55,588 nt of DNA from an uncultured Oscillospiraceae bacterium (GTDB lineage: Bacteria > Bacillota > Clostridia > Oscillospirales > Oscillospiraceae), in the NCBI GenBank assembly GCA_900763995.1, contig CAAFMK010000036.1, positions 1-55,588 of the forward strand, given 5' to 3'. A program made the translations under genes and the position numbers. Below are positions 1 through 9,458 of the stretch, in pieces. Position 1 is the first letter of the stretch; each line of letters begins with the position of its first letter. The notes below the pieces were generated by a model. The model had not been told where the DNA came from, searched no databases, and was given only the letters and a program-made list of their open reading frames with translations.

Positions 1-31
1 AAAAGTGGCTTTGCCACTTTTGCGACAGTCT
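1..31. repeat. Right end of a MITE-like repeat, truncated by the window edge
   Basis: 30/31 identical to 30363-30393; contains the palindrome AAAAGTGGC-TTT-GCCACTTTT. Confidence 0.85.
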
Positions 32-1059
32 TAGTTGAACTTATAGAGCTTTCGGGCAATGCGGTACAGGGTCACAGACAGTCTGCGGCCCCGGTACCCG
101 GGCAGGTTGGTGAGGGCCGGCACCGACATATACTTCATGCGCCGGTACAGATCCCCGTCCTTTTTCCGAATATACTCCCAGAGCTCCACCTTTTTTTGCA
201 AGGACTCGGGCCGACCATCTATGGTCAGGAAGATGGAGGAAATGGCCACCATCACCGCCAGATAGGTGAACATATACCGCCCCAGCTTTTTGTGCTGGGC
301 GCTCACATTCTTCAGGTCGTGGGAGTCGATCATCTGGTAGTTGACCCGCAGCTGCTGGTCAACCCGGGTGACCATGACACTCTCGTTGACGCTCTGGTCG
401 GCCCGGCCAATGAAGTAGCGGTACAGATCCACATCCATGTAGTACATATTCTTCACCCAGGGCAGGGGCTGATAGACAAAGATGTTGTCCACATAGAAGG
501 TGTGCTTGGGCAGCTCCAGGCCGCAGTCCCGCAGCAGCTGTGTGCGGTAGATGACCGAGTGCATCAGCAGATACTGGGAGGGGCGGAAGCGCCCAATGTG
601 ATCCCAGCCAAACATCCGGCCGGTGGGGAACACATTCCGGTAGTGCATCACCCGCTGGGTGTTGTCCTCCACATGCTCGTAGACATAGTTGGCGATGAAC
701 ATATCCACCGGCTTGTCATCCCGGACAAACTGCCGCAGCTTATCCAGCGCCTTGTGCAGGGAGGGCACATCCACCCAGTCATCGGAATCCACTACCTTAT
801 AATAGAATCCACGGGCGTTGCGGATCCCCTGATTGACCCCCTCGCCGTGGCCCCCATTGGGCTGGTGGATGGCCCGCACGATGTCGGGGTACTGCTGGGC
901 ATATCGGTCACAGATCGCAGGGGTGTCGTCCTTGGTGGAGCCGTCGTCCACCAGAATGATCTCAATGTCGTCCCCGCCCTGAAGCAGGGTGTCCACACAG
1001 TGCTCCATATAGGCCGCTGAGTTATAGCAGGGAACGGCAAAGGTAATCAGCTTGTCCAT
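31..1059 (-). CDS. Glycosyltransferase family 2, possibly a galactofuranosyltransferase
   Basis: ITFAVPCYN, ILVDDGS, NGGHG and VDSDD (DxD) GT2 motifs; lies directly downstream of glf. Confidence 0.9.
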   Translation of the reverse strand: MDKLITFAVPCYNSAAYMEHCVDTLLQGGDDIEIILVDDGSTKDDTPAICDRYAQQYPDIVRAIHQPNGGHGEGVNQGIRNARGFYYKVVDSDDWVDVPSLHKALDKLRQFVRDDKPVDMFIANYVYEHVEDNTQRVMHYRNVFPTGRMFGWDHIGRFRPSQYLLMHSVIYRTQLLRDCGLELPKHTFYVDNIFVYQPLPWVKNMYYMDVDLYRYFIGRADQSVNESVMVTRVDQQLRVNYQMIDSHDLKNVSAQHKKLGRYMFTYLAVMVAISSIFLTIDGRPESLQKKVELWEYIRKKDGDLYRRMKYMSVPALTNLPGYRGRRLSVTLYRIARKLYKFN

Positions 1060-1077
1060 TATGTATCTCTCCTATTT

Positions 1078-2244
1078 TTACAGGCTGTTTGCCAGCTCCA
1101 GGGCCTTTGCGGCAATGACATCCATGTTATAATACTTGTACTCAGCCAGACGGCCCAGCAGATGCAGACCTGCAATGCGGCCGGCCTCCCCCTTGTACTT
1201 GGCGTACTGGGCGTTATTTTCCGGGTTGATGATAGCGTAGTAGGGGGTCTGTGTGCCCGCTCCTGTATAGGCCTTGGAGTACTCCCGGACAATGGTGGTG
1301 ACCCCGGGGATAGTCTGCCCGGTGAGGTGCTTAAATTCGGTGATCCTGGTAAACTCCTCATCCACTGTGTAGTTGACCGTGCCGCAGCCCTGAAAGTCCT
1401 CCTGCTGGAGGGTCTCAAATGCAAAGTCCAGGGTGCGGTAGGGCAGATGGCCATAGCGGAAGGAGAACAGCTCATCCGCCTGTCCGGTGTAGATGACCAC
1501 CCCGCCAAAGGGCTCCCCGTCCACCTTCAACGCCCCGCCGGACACATCCAGCCGCTTCAGGGCGTCACAGTTCAGCTCCACTGTGATGTTGGGGTGGTCC
1601 AGCATCCGCTCAAACATGGGGGTGTAGCCATCCACTGGCATCCCCTGACAGCTGTCCTGAAAATACCGGTCATCCCTTGAGAGGAACACAGGCACCCGGG
1701 CCGTGGTCTCGGGGTCAATTTCCTCTGGCTTCTGGCCCCACTGCTTCATGGTATAGTGGACAAAGACATGCTCATACACATAGTCCGCCAGTCCGGCCAC
1801 CTCCGGGTCACTGCTCTGGCGAAGCTCCAAGATGGTGACCTTCTTCTCCGCCCCATAGGCCTCGATGAGCTTTTCCCCCAGCCGCTTGCCCTCCTCCGGG
1901 CCAAAGGCGGTCTCCAGAGAGGTGAGGTTAAAGGGCACCGGGTAGGCCATCCGTCTCCCGGCCCCATCTGGGATATTGGCGATCACCCGGTGCTGATAGT
2001 CTCGCCACTGGGTAAACCGGGACAGCCACTTGAAAATCTCTTTGTTGTTGGTGTGAAAAATATGGGGGCCGTACTGATGGATCAGCACCCCGTGGTCATC
2101 CAATCTATCATAAGCGTTTCCACCAATGTGGTCGCGCCGCTCCAGTACCAGAACCTGCCGTCCCCGCTCAGCCAGCGCTCGGGCCGCTACTCCTCCGGCG
2201 TAACCCGCACCAACCACCAGGGTATCAAACTTTTTGTGCACCAA
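1078..2244 (-). CDS. glf: UDP-galactopyranose mutase
   Basis: VVGAGYAG FAD motif, HIGGNAYD, HQYGPHIFHT, GRLAEYKYYNMD; start placed at TTG 2244 (or GTG 2241) after an AAAGGA RBS. Confidence 0.95.
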   Translation of the reverse strand: MVHKKFDTLVVGAGYAGGVAARALAERGRQVLVLERRDHIGGNAYDRLDDHGVLIHQYGPHIFHTNNKEIFKWLSRFTQWRDYQHRVIANIPDGAGRRMAYPVPFNLTSLETAFGPEEGKRLGEKLIEAYGAEKKVTILELRQSSDPEVAGLADYVYEHVFVHYTMKQWGQKPEEIDPETTARVPVFLSRDDRYFQDSCQGMPVDGYTPMFERMLDHPNITVELNCDALKRLDVSGGALKVDGEPFGGVVIYTGQADELFSFRYGHLPYRTLDFAFETLQQEDFQGCGTVNYTVDEEFTRITEFKHLTGQTIPGVTTIVREYSKAYTGAGTQTPYYAIINPENNAQYAKYKGEAGRIAGLHLLGRLAEYKYYNMDVIAAKALELANSL

Positions 2245-2364
2245 AGCTTCATCCTTTCCGTCACCCCTCTGGGTGTTCACTGTTTCGACCTAGTATATCA
2301 TACTTCTACCGGAAAACAAATTAAATTTCCTTGAAATTTCATGGGACTGCCCCGGATTTTCCCC

Positions 2365-2393
2365 TTGACATCCCGAAAAAAAGCAGATAAGAT
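2365..2393 (+). promoter_or_regulatory. Sigma-A promoter of the ileS leader
   Basis: TTGACA-17 nt-TAAGAT. Confidence 0.75.
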
Positions 2394-2404
2394 ATTGGTC
2401 GTAT

Positions 2405-2660
2405 ACATCAAAATGCGCAGAAAAGGACGAGTACCTGCCCCCAATACGCACAGAGAGCCGCCGGTTCGGTGCAAGGCGGACGGGAGGGGACTGGGAAAAT
2501 CACCTTGGAGCATGGGACTGAATGTTTAGTAGGTTCCACGGCCGCCCCCGTTACCGGGCCGATGCTTAAGTGGTCGGAGTACTGCGCTCCGGCAAGAAGA
2601 GTGGTACCGCAGAGGAGTTTCGCCTTTGTCTCTTTGTTGAGACAAAGGCGTTTTTGTTTT
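2405..2660 (+). promoter_or_regulatory. T-box riboswitch (Ile)
   Basis: Stem I motifs CAGAGAG and GGTGCAA, specifier GAAA-ATC (AUC at 2499-2501), T-box AGAGTGGTACCGC at 2598-2610, terminator CGCCTTTGTCTC/GAGACAAAGGCG with T-tract at 2621-2660; upstream of ileS. Confidence 0.93.
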
Positions 2661-2712
2661 CCTATTATTTTTAAAAATAATGAGATCTATTTGTATTAGG
2701 AGGAACCCAGAT

Positions 2713-5532
2713 ATGGACTACAACAAGACCATCAACCTGCCAAAGACCGAATTCCCCATGCGGGCCGGTCTGCCCAACCGGGAGCCCAGCATGCTTCAGA
2801 ACTGGGAGCAGCTGGATCTCTACCACGAGCTGCTCAAGAAAAATGAGGGCAAGCCCCGCTTCGCCCTCCACGATGGCCCTCCCTTCTCCAACGGCAACCT
2901 GCACATGGGCCACGCCCTGAATAAGTCCATCAAGGACTTTATGACCCGCTCCGCCGCCATGCGGGGCTTCTACACCCCCTATATCCCCGGCTGGGACAAC
3001 CACGGTATGCCCATCGAGTCCGCCATCATCAAGCAGAACAAGCTCAACCGCAAGGCCATGTCTGTCCCTGAGTTCCGCACCGCCTGCCACGACTTCGCCC
3101 AGAAGTATGTGGACATCCAGCGGGACGGCTTCAAGCGCCTTGGTGTCATCGGCGACTGGGAGAACCCCTACCTCACCATGAACCCCGGCTTTGAGTCCGA
3201 GGAGGTCAAGGTCTTTGGCTCCATGTACAAAAAGGGCTATATCTACAAGGGCCTCAAGCCCGTGTACTGGTGCCCCAAGGACGAGACCGCCCTGGCCGAG
3301 GCCGAGATCGAGTACCAGGACGACCCCTGTACCACTGTGTATGTGAAGTTCCAGGTCAAGGACGATCTGGGCAAGCTGAGTGCATACGGGGATGTGTCCA
3401 AGATGTACTTTGTCATCTGGACCACCACCATCTGGACGCTGCCCGGCAACCTGGCCATCGCCGTCCACCCCAGAGAGACCTATGTGCTGGTCAAGGCCAA
3501 CAATGGGGAGATGTATATCATGGCGGAGGCCCTGTGCGCCAAGGTCATGAAGATCGGCGGCTTTGAGGGCTATGGGATCGTCAAGCAGTTTGCAGGCGCC
3601 GACTTTGAGTATATGCAGGCCCAGCACCCCTTCCTGGACAAGACCTCTCAGCTGTGTACCGCTGAGTATGTCACCATGGACTCCGGTACCGGCTGTGTCC
3701 ACACCGCCCCCGGCTTTGGTGCAGACGACTATGAGACCTGCAAGCGCTATAAAATCGAGATGGTAGTCCCTGTGGACGACCGGGGCCGCCACACCGACTA
3801 CGCCGGCAAGTACGCCGGGATGAAAACCGACGAGAGCAACCCCGTCATTCTGGAGGATATGAAGCAGAGCGGGGCCCTCTTTGCCAGCGAGGAGATCGTC
3901 CACAGCTACCCCCACTGCTGGCGGTGCAAAAACCCCATCATCTTCCGGGCCACCCCCCAGTGGTTCTGCTCCGTGGACTCCTTCAAGGATGCCGCTGTGT
4001 CCGCCTGCGAGGATGTGCGCTGGCTCCCCGGCTGGGGCATCGACCGCATGAAGTCCATGATCCGGGAGCGTACCGACTGGTGCATCAGCCGTCAGCGCCG
4101 CTGGGGTCTGCCTATCCCTGTATTCTACTGTGACGACTGCGGCAAGCCCATCTGCACTGAGGAGACCATCTCCGCTGTGTCCAAGCTCTTTGGGGAGAAG
4201 GGCTCCAACGCCTGGTACGAGATGGAGGCCAAGGACATCCTGCCCCAGGACTTCGCCTGCCCCCACTGCGGCTCCAAGTCCGGCTTTACCAAGGAGGAGG
4301 ACACCCTGGACGGCTGGTTTGACTCCGGCTCCACCCACTTCGCCTCCATGAAGAAGGATCAGGGCTTCTGGCCCGCCACCGTATATATGGAGGGCCTTGA
4401 CCAGTACCGCGGCTGGTTCCAGTCCTCCTTGCTCACCGCTGTGGGCGCACTGGATCAGGGCGCCCCCTTCCAGGAGTGTGTCACCCACGGCTGGACTGTG
4501 GATGGCGAGGGCAAGGCCATGCACAAATCTCTGGGCAACGGTGTAGACCCCGCCGATGTGCTCAAGAAGTACGGTGCCGACCTCATCCGTCTGTGGGCTG
4601 GCTCTGCGGACTACCATGTGGATGTGCGCTGCTCTGACAACATCTTCAAGCAGCTGTCCCAGAACTATCTGAAGTTCCGCAACACCGCTCGGTACTGTCT
4701 GGGCAACCTGGACGGTTTTGACCCCAACCAGCTGGTGGCCCCCCAGGAGATGCTGGAGCTGGACCGCTGGGCCATCACCAAACTCAATCAGCTCACTGAG
4801 AAGTGTCTGACCGCCTATGAGAACTATGAGTTCCATGTGATCTCCCACGCCATCAACGACTTCTGCGTGGTGGAGCTGTCCTCCTTCTATCTGGACATCA
4901 TCAAGGATCGCCTGTACTGCGAGGGCAAGGACAGTCTGGAGCGCCGCTCCGCCCAGACCGCTCTGTTCCTCATTCTGGACACCATCACCAAGCTCTTTGC
5001 CCCCATTCTGGCCTTCACCTGCGATGAGATCTGGCTGGCCATGCCCCACCGCACTGAGGATGACGGGCGCAATGTGCTGCTCAATGAGATGAACAAGCCC
5101 TTTGCTGACTACGCCCTGGGCGAGGTGGAGATGCTCCGCTGGTCTGCTTTGTCCCAGCTGAGGGACGGTGTCAATGTGGCGCTGGAGGCCGCCCGGGCTG
5201 AGAAGAGGATCGGCAAGGCGCTGGAGGCCCATGTCACACTGGTGACAGACGGCCCTGTGGCCCAGAGCAATCTGGAGGAGACCCGCAAGGCCTTTGAGAA
5301 CCAGTGGGCCGACCTGTTCATCGTCTCCGATGTTGAGGTGTCTGAGGATGCCGGCCTGTATGCCCAGGGGGCCGAGACCTCTGTTGAGGGCGTGCGTGTA
5401 CTGGTGAGCGAGGCCAAGGGCGAGAAGTGTGAGCGCTGCTGGAAGCACCACATCAAGGTGGGCGCTGACGCCGATCACCACACCCTGTGTCCCCGCTGCG
5501 CCAAGGTCATGCCCTCCATCCAGCTGGACTGA
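2713..5532 (+). CDS. ileS: Isoleucyl-tRNA synthetase (type 1)
   Basis: HDGPP, HMGH, GWDNHGMPIE, WTTTIWTLPGN, WCISRQR, C-terminal CERC..CPRC zinc finger; AGGAGG RBS. Confidence 0.98.
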   Translation: MDYNKTINLPKTEFPMRAGLPNREPSMLQNWEQLDLYHELLKKNEGKPRFALHDGPPFSNGNLHMGHALNKSIKDFMTRSAAMRGFYTPYIPGWDNHGMPIESAIIKQNKLNRKAMSVPEFRTACHDFAQKYVDIQRDGFKRLGVIGDWENPYLTMNPGFESEEVKVFGSMYKKGYIYKGLKPVYWCPKDETALAEAEIEYQDDPCTTVYVKFQVKDDLGKLSAYGDVSKMYFVIWTTTIWTLPGNLAIAVHPRETYVLVKANNGEMYIMAEALCAKVMKIGGFEGYGIVKQFAGADFEYMQAQHPFLDKTSQLCTAEYVTMDSGTGCVHTAPGFGADDYETCKRYKIEMVVPVDDRGRHTDYAGKYAGMKTDESNPVILEDMKQSGALFASEEIVHSYPHCWRCKNPIIFRATPQWFCSVDSFKDAAVSACEDVRWLPGWGIDRMKSMIRERTDWCISRQRRWGLPIPVFYCDDCGKPICTEETISAVSKLFGEKGSNAWYEMEAKDILPQDFACPHCGSKSGFTKEEDTLDGWFDSGSTHFASMKKDQGFWPATVYMEGLDQYRGWFQSSLLTAVGALDQGAPFQECVTHGWTVDGEGKAMHKSLGNGVDPADVLKKYGADLIRLWAGSADYHVDVRCSDNIFKQLSQNYLKFRNTARYCLGNLDGFDPNQLVAPQEMLELDRWAITKLNQLTEKCLTAYENYEFHVISHAINDFCVVELSSFYLDIIKDRLYCEGKDSLERRSAQTALFLILDTITKLFAPILAFTCDEIWLAMPHRTEDDGRNVLLNEMNKPFADYALGEVEMLRWSALSQLRDGVNVALEAARAEKRIGKALEAHVTLVTDGPVAQSNLEETRKAFENQWADLFIVSDVEVSEDAGLYAQGAETSVEGVRVLVSEAKGEKCERCWKHHIKVGADADHHTLCPRCAKVMPSIQLD

Positions 5533-5673
5533 TTCCAATCCTGCTGTGATTCCCCCCGCCCGGTGCTGTGCCCGCCCACTGCACCGGACGGGCACAGCTG
5601 TCTGCCACAGGTCTCTGGCCCCATATCCCAGACCGCAGACCCAAGAATTTTCTTGAAAACTGGGGATTTTTCC

Positions 5674-5702
5674 TTTACATTGTGGGGAAAATATGATATA
5701 TT
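5674..5702 (+). promoter_or_regulatory. Promoter of rpsO-pnp
   Basis: TTTACA-17 nt-TATATT with extended TG. Confidence 0.6.
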
Positions 5703-5709
5703 TACCGGG

Positions 5710-5860
5710 CATATGATGTGCATCGCCCCTCGCTTCGTTTCGGGACATGGCTCAGGCAACAGTCTGGGGCTTCACCCGCCCGTTACGCAGCCCTTGGGCC
5801 ATAAACACTGTGTCCCCTCCCATCTGGGCGGGACACGATTATAGAAAGGTGGAGTTTTCC
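5710..5860 (+). promoter_or_regulatory. Structured rpsO 5' leader, candidate S15 autoregulatory RNA
   Basis: Stems ATGGCTCAGG/CTTGGGCCAT and GTGTCCC/GGGACAC; position upstream of rpsO. Confidence 0.5.
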
Positions 5861-6127
5861 ATGATCCGTAAGGACGAAAAGACAGCCGTTATTGAGGCCA
5901 ACCGCACCCACGCATCTGACACCGGTTCCCCCGAGGTTCAGATCGCCATCCTGACCGCTCGCATCAACGAGCTGACCGAGCACCTGAAGGTGCATATCCA
6001 CGACAACCACAGCCGCCGCGGCCTGTACAAGATGATCGGTAAGCGCCGCAAGCTGCTGGATTACCTGATGGCCAAGGACATCGAGCGTTATCGTGCCATC
6101 ATCGCCAAGCTGGGCATCCGTAAGTAA
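5861..6127 (+). CDS. rpsO: 30S ribosomal protein S15
   Basis: [27 protein letters not shown]; 88 aa from ATG 5861. Confidence 0.98.
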   Translation: MIRKDEKTAVIEANRTHASDTGSPEVQIAILTARINELTEHLKVHIHDNHSRRGLYKMIGKRRKLLDYLMAKDIERYRAIIAKLGIRK

Positions 6128-6331
6128 TCAGGCGGATTGTGACCACGCTGTGAGCCATAGGGCAGCGCGTTTGTCGTGCTGCCCTATGTTCGCATATATC
6201 ATCAGACTGGATGGCTGGGGCCATGCCGCTTTTTTAGCAGTTGAATTTGGGGCTGAGCTGTACTGAGCTTTAAATTCAAGTGCTAAAAGGCTGTAGGAGC
6301 TCCAGACACCAGGAACAAAAGGAGTGTTACG

Positions 6332-8482
6332 ATGTCTACTATCATCAATCACAAGCAGTTCCCCAAGTTCAAGAGCTGGACTATGGATCTGTGCGGTCGT
6401 CCCCTGACCATCGAGGTGGGCAAGGTGGCCGAGCTGGCCAGCGCCAGCGCTCTGGTCAAGTATGGTGAGACCACCGTTATGGTGGCCGTCACTGTATCCC
6501 CCCGCCCCCGGGACGGCATCGACTTCTTCCCTCTGTCCGTGGAGTTTGAGGAGAAGCTGTACGCCGTGGGCCGGATCCCCGGCTCCTTCATGCGCCGGGA
6601 GGGCCGTCCCTCTCTGCCCGCCGTGCTGGCCAGCCGCCTCATCGACCGGCCCATGCGCCCCCTGTTCCCCTACGACTTCCGCAATGATGTGTGCATCCAG
6701 TGCACCGTCATGAGTGTGGACTACAACTGCTCCCCCGAGGTTGCCGCCATGATCGGTGCCTCTGCCTGCGTCAGCTTCTCTGAGATCCCCTTCGCCGGCC
6801 CCATCGGCTGTCTGGAGGTGGGCTACTGCAACGGGCAGATCGTCCTCAACCCCAACCAGGAGCAGCGCAAGACCTCCCGCATGGATGTCACTGTGGCTGC
6901 CACCGGTGAGAAGGTTGTCATGATCGAGGCCGGGGCAGACGAGATCCCAGACGAGGTCATGTACGCCGGTATCGTCAAGGCCCACGAGGAGATCAAAAAG
7001 CAGATCGCCTTCATCAACCAGATCGTCTCTGAGATCGGCAAGCCCAAGATGGAGTATGAGCACGCCCAGTTCAATCAGGAGCTCTTTGACAAGATCGTGA
7101 CCGAGTTCATGGACGAGGCCAAGGCCGCCATGGACACTGACGACAAGAATGTCCGTGAGACCCGCTGGAACGCCATGATCGACCACTGGCATGAGAAGTA
7201 TCTGGAAGAGTACCCCGATATGGACCAGTATCTGGAGGAGTTCACCTACAAGTTCCAGAAGAAGATCGTCAAGGCCTGGCTGCTGGAGGGCCACCGGGTA
7301 GACGGTCGTGCCAAGAACGAGATCCGTCCTCTGGCCGCCGAGGTTGGCCTGCTGCCCCGGGTACACGGCTCCGGCCTGTTCACCCGCGGTCAGACTCAGG
7401 TGCTGTCTGTGTGTACCCTGAACACCCTGTCCGCCTGTCAGAAGCTGGATACCATCTGGGAGGAGGAGGAGAAGCGCTACCTGCACCACTACAACTTCCC
7501 CCCCTACTCTGTGGGTGAGGCCCGCGCCCCCCGCTCCACCAACCGCCGGGAGTACGGCCACGGCGCACTGGCCGAGCGTGCTCTTGTCCCCGTCCTGCCC
7601 AGCGTGGACGAGTTCCCCTACGCCATCCGTGTGGTCTCTGAGGTGCTCTCCTCCAACGGCTCCACCTCTCAGGGCTCCATCTGCGGCTCCACTCTGGCCC
7701 TGATGGATGCCGGTGTGCCCATCAAGGCCCCTGTGGCCGGCATCTCCTGCGGCCTGATCCAGGACGACAACGGCGGCTTCACCACCTTCATCGACATTCA
7801 GGGCGTGGAGGACTTCCACGGCGAGATGGACTTTAAGGTGGCTGGCACCAAGGCCGGTATCACCGCCATTCAGATGGATCTGAAGAACGACGGTCTGACC
7901 CATGAGATCATCAAGGAGGCCCTGGAGATCACCCACGATGCCCGTCTGGCCATTCTGGACGAGGTCATGCTGCCCTGCATCTCCGCCCCCAGAACTGAGG
8001 TCAGCAAGTACGCCCCCAAGATGATCACCATGAAGATCGACTCCGACAAGATCCGTGAGGTCATCGGCAAGGGCGGCTCCGTCATCCAGAAGATCACCGC
8101 TGAGTCCGGCGCTCAAATCGACATTGAGGACGACGGCACCATCCACATCGCCTCCCCCAACGCCGAGTGCTGCGATGCCGCCAAGAAGATGATCGAGACC
8201 ATCGTCTTTGTCCCTCAGGTGGGCGAGCTGTACTACGGCAAGGTGGTGCGCATCCTCCAGTTCGGTGCCTTTGTGGAGCTGGCTCCCGGCAAGGACGGCA
8301 TGGTGCACATCTCCAAGCTGGCTGAGCACCGTGTGGAGAAGGTAGAGGATGTGGTCAACATCGGTGATATGATCTGGGTCAAGGTCACTGAAATCGACGA
8401 CAAGGGCCGTGTCAACCTGTCCTACAAGGATGCCCTCCGGGAGATCAAGGCCAAGAAAGAGGCCGGCGAGAGCATCAAATAA
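6332..8482 (+). CDS. pnp: Polyribonucleotide nucleotidyltransferase (PNPase)
   Basis: DFFPLSV, SRLIDRPMRP, RREYGHG, SNGSTS, MDFKVAGT, KH and S1 domains; rpsO-pnp synteny. Confidence 0.98.
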   Translation: MSTIINHKQFPKFKSWTMDLCGRPLTIEVGKVAELASASALVKYGETTVMVAVTVSPRPRDGIDFFPLSVEFEEKLYAVGRIPGSFMRREGRPSLPAVLASRLIDRPMRPLFPYDFRNDVCIQCTVMSVDYNCSPEVAAMIGASACVSFSEIPFAGPIGCLEVGYCNGQIVLNPNQEQRKTSRMDVTVAATGEKVVMIEAGADEIPDEVMYAGIVKAHEEIKKQIAFINQIVSEIGKPKMEYEHAQFNQELFDKIVTEFMDEAKAAMDTDDKNVRETRWNAMIDHWHEKYLEEYPDMDQYLEEFTYKFQKKIVKAWLLEGHRVDGRAKNEIRPLAAEVGLLPRVHGSGLFTRGQTQVLSVCTLNTLSACQKLDTIWEEEEKRYLHHYNFPPYSVGEARAPRSTNRREYGHGALAERALVPVLPSVDEFPYAIRVVSEVLSSNGSTSQGSICGSTLALMDAGVPIKAPVAGISCGLIQDDNGGFTTFIDIQGVEDFHGEMDFKVAGTKAGITAIQMDLKNDGLTHEIIKEALEITHDARLAILDEVMLPCISAPRTEVSKYAPKMITMKIDSDKIREVIGKGGSVIQKITAESGAQIDIEDDGTIHIASPNAECCDAAKKMIETIVFVPQVGELYYGKVVRILQFGAFVELAPGKDGMVHISKLAEHRVEKVEDVVNIGDMIWVKVTEIDDKGRVNLSYKDALREIKAKKEAGESIK

Positions 8483-8505
8483 TTCCAAGTTTCGTGTCTT
8501 TTCAG

Positions 8506-8543
8506 GATAGGGAGCGGCAAATGCCGTTCCCTATCTTTTGTTT
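8506..8543 (+). terminator. Intrinsic terminator after pnp
   Basis: GATAGGGAGCGGCA/TGCCGTTCCCTATC hairpin followed by TTTTGTTT. Confidence 0.85.
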
Positions 8544-8545
8544 AG

Positions 8546-8574
8546 TTGCGTATTTTCCAATTATCCTCTATAAT
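8546..8574 (+). promoter_or_regulatory. Sigma-A promoter of the ymdB operon
   Basis: TTGCGT-17 nt-TATAAT. Confidence 0.65.
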
Positions 8575-8677
8575 GAATGCAACCCTTTATTTATGGCACA
8601 AATGTTCCGCAGAAAATTTTGTGTGCTGGTATCCTTGTGCAGATGATTGAGACTGACTTCAAGGAGGATTGAATGAT

Positions 8678-9454
8678 ATGCTTCTTAATATACTTGCTGT
8701 AGGCGATGTGGTGGGAGAAGGGGGACAGGACATCCTTTCCCGCCGCCTGTCCGGCCTGCGGGATGAGCTGGGGGCCCACTTTGTTGTGGTCAACGGAGAA
8801 AACGCCTCTGGCGTGGGCATTACCCCCGCTCAGGCCAGACGGATGCTGGATGCCGGGGCCGATGTGATCACCCTGGGCAACCACACCTGGAACCGCATCC
8901 AGATCGGGGACTTTCTGGATCGGGAATCCCGCATTCTCCGCCCCGCCAACTACGCCGGGCGGGTGCCTGGGCGGGGGATGGGAATATACCCCTGTCAGGG
9001 ATTTCAGCTGGCGGTATTGAATCTCATGGGCCGGGTAGAGCTGAACCCCAACCTGGACAGCCCCTTTAAAATGGCCGACACCCTGTTAAAACAGGGGAAA
9101 TACGACCTGGCCCTTGTGGACTTCCACGCAGAGGTCACCAGCGAAAAGGGGGCTATGGCCTGGTATCTGGACGGGCGGGCGGCGGCTGTGTGGGGTACCC
9201 ACACCCATGTGCCCACCGCCGACTGTCAGATTTTGCCCAAGGGCACCGGCTTTGTCACCGATCTAGGGATGACCGGCCCCCGCCGCTCAGTGCTGGGTAT
9301 CCGGCCAGAGCACTCCATCAACCTGTTTTTAGGGGGACTGCCCCGGCGGTATCAGGAGGCGGAGGGCAACTGCAAGCTCAATGCCTGTCTATTCGCCATT
9401 GATACAGATCAGAAAAAGTGTGTGGCCGTCCAACGGACGGATATAGAGGAGTGA
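8678..9454 (+). CDS. ymdB: YmdB-family metallophosphoesterase (TIGR00282-like)
   Basis: GDVVG, VNGEN, TLGNH, VDFHAE, GTHTHV, TDLGMTG. Confidence 0.92.
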   Translation: MLLNILAVGDVVGEGGQDILSRRLSGLRDELGAHFVVVNGENASGVGITPAQARRMLDAGADVITLGNHTWNRIQIGDFLDRESRILRPANYAGRVPGRGMGIYPCQGFQLAVLNLMGRVELNPNLDSPFKMADTLLKQGKYDLALVDFHAEVTSEKGAMAWYLDGRAAAVWGTHTHVPTADCQILPKGTGFVTDLGMTGPRRSVLGIRPEHSINLFLGGLPRRYQEAEGNCKLNACLFAIDTDQKKCVAVQRTDIEE

Positions 9455-9458
9455 CCAT

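Noticed and set aside
2671..5748. 1025-aa antisense ORF over ileS, and similar ones over pnp (6128-8488), the M14 peptidase, hutH, the transporter, relA, prs and thiolase
   Set aside because: Shadow frames: biased codon usage in the real genes avoids TTA/CTA/TCA, removing antisense stops. The translations show no motifs.
5747..5860. N-terminal extension of S15 in the ORF track
   Set aside because: The RBS and the normal 88-aa length point to ATG 5861; this stretch is the leader.
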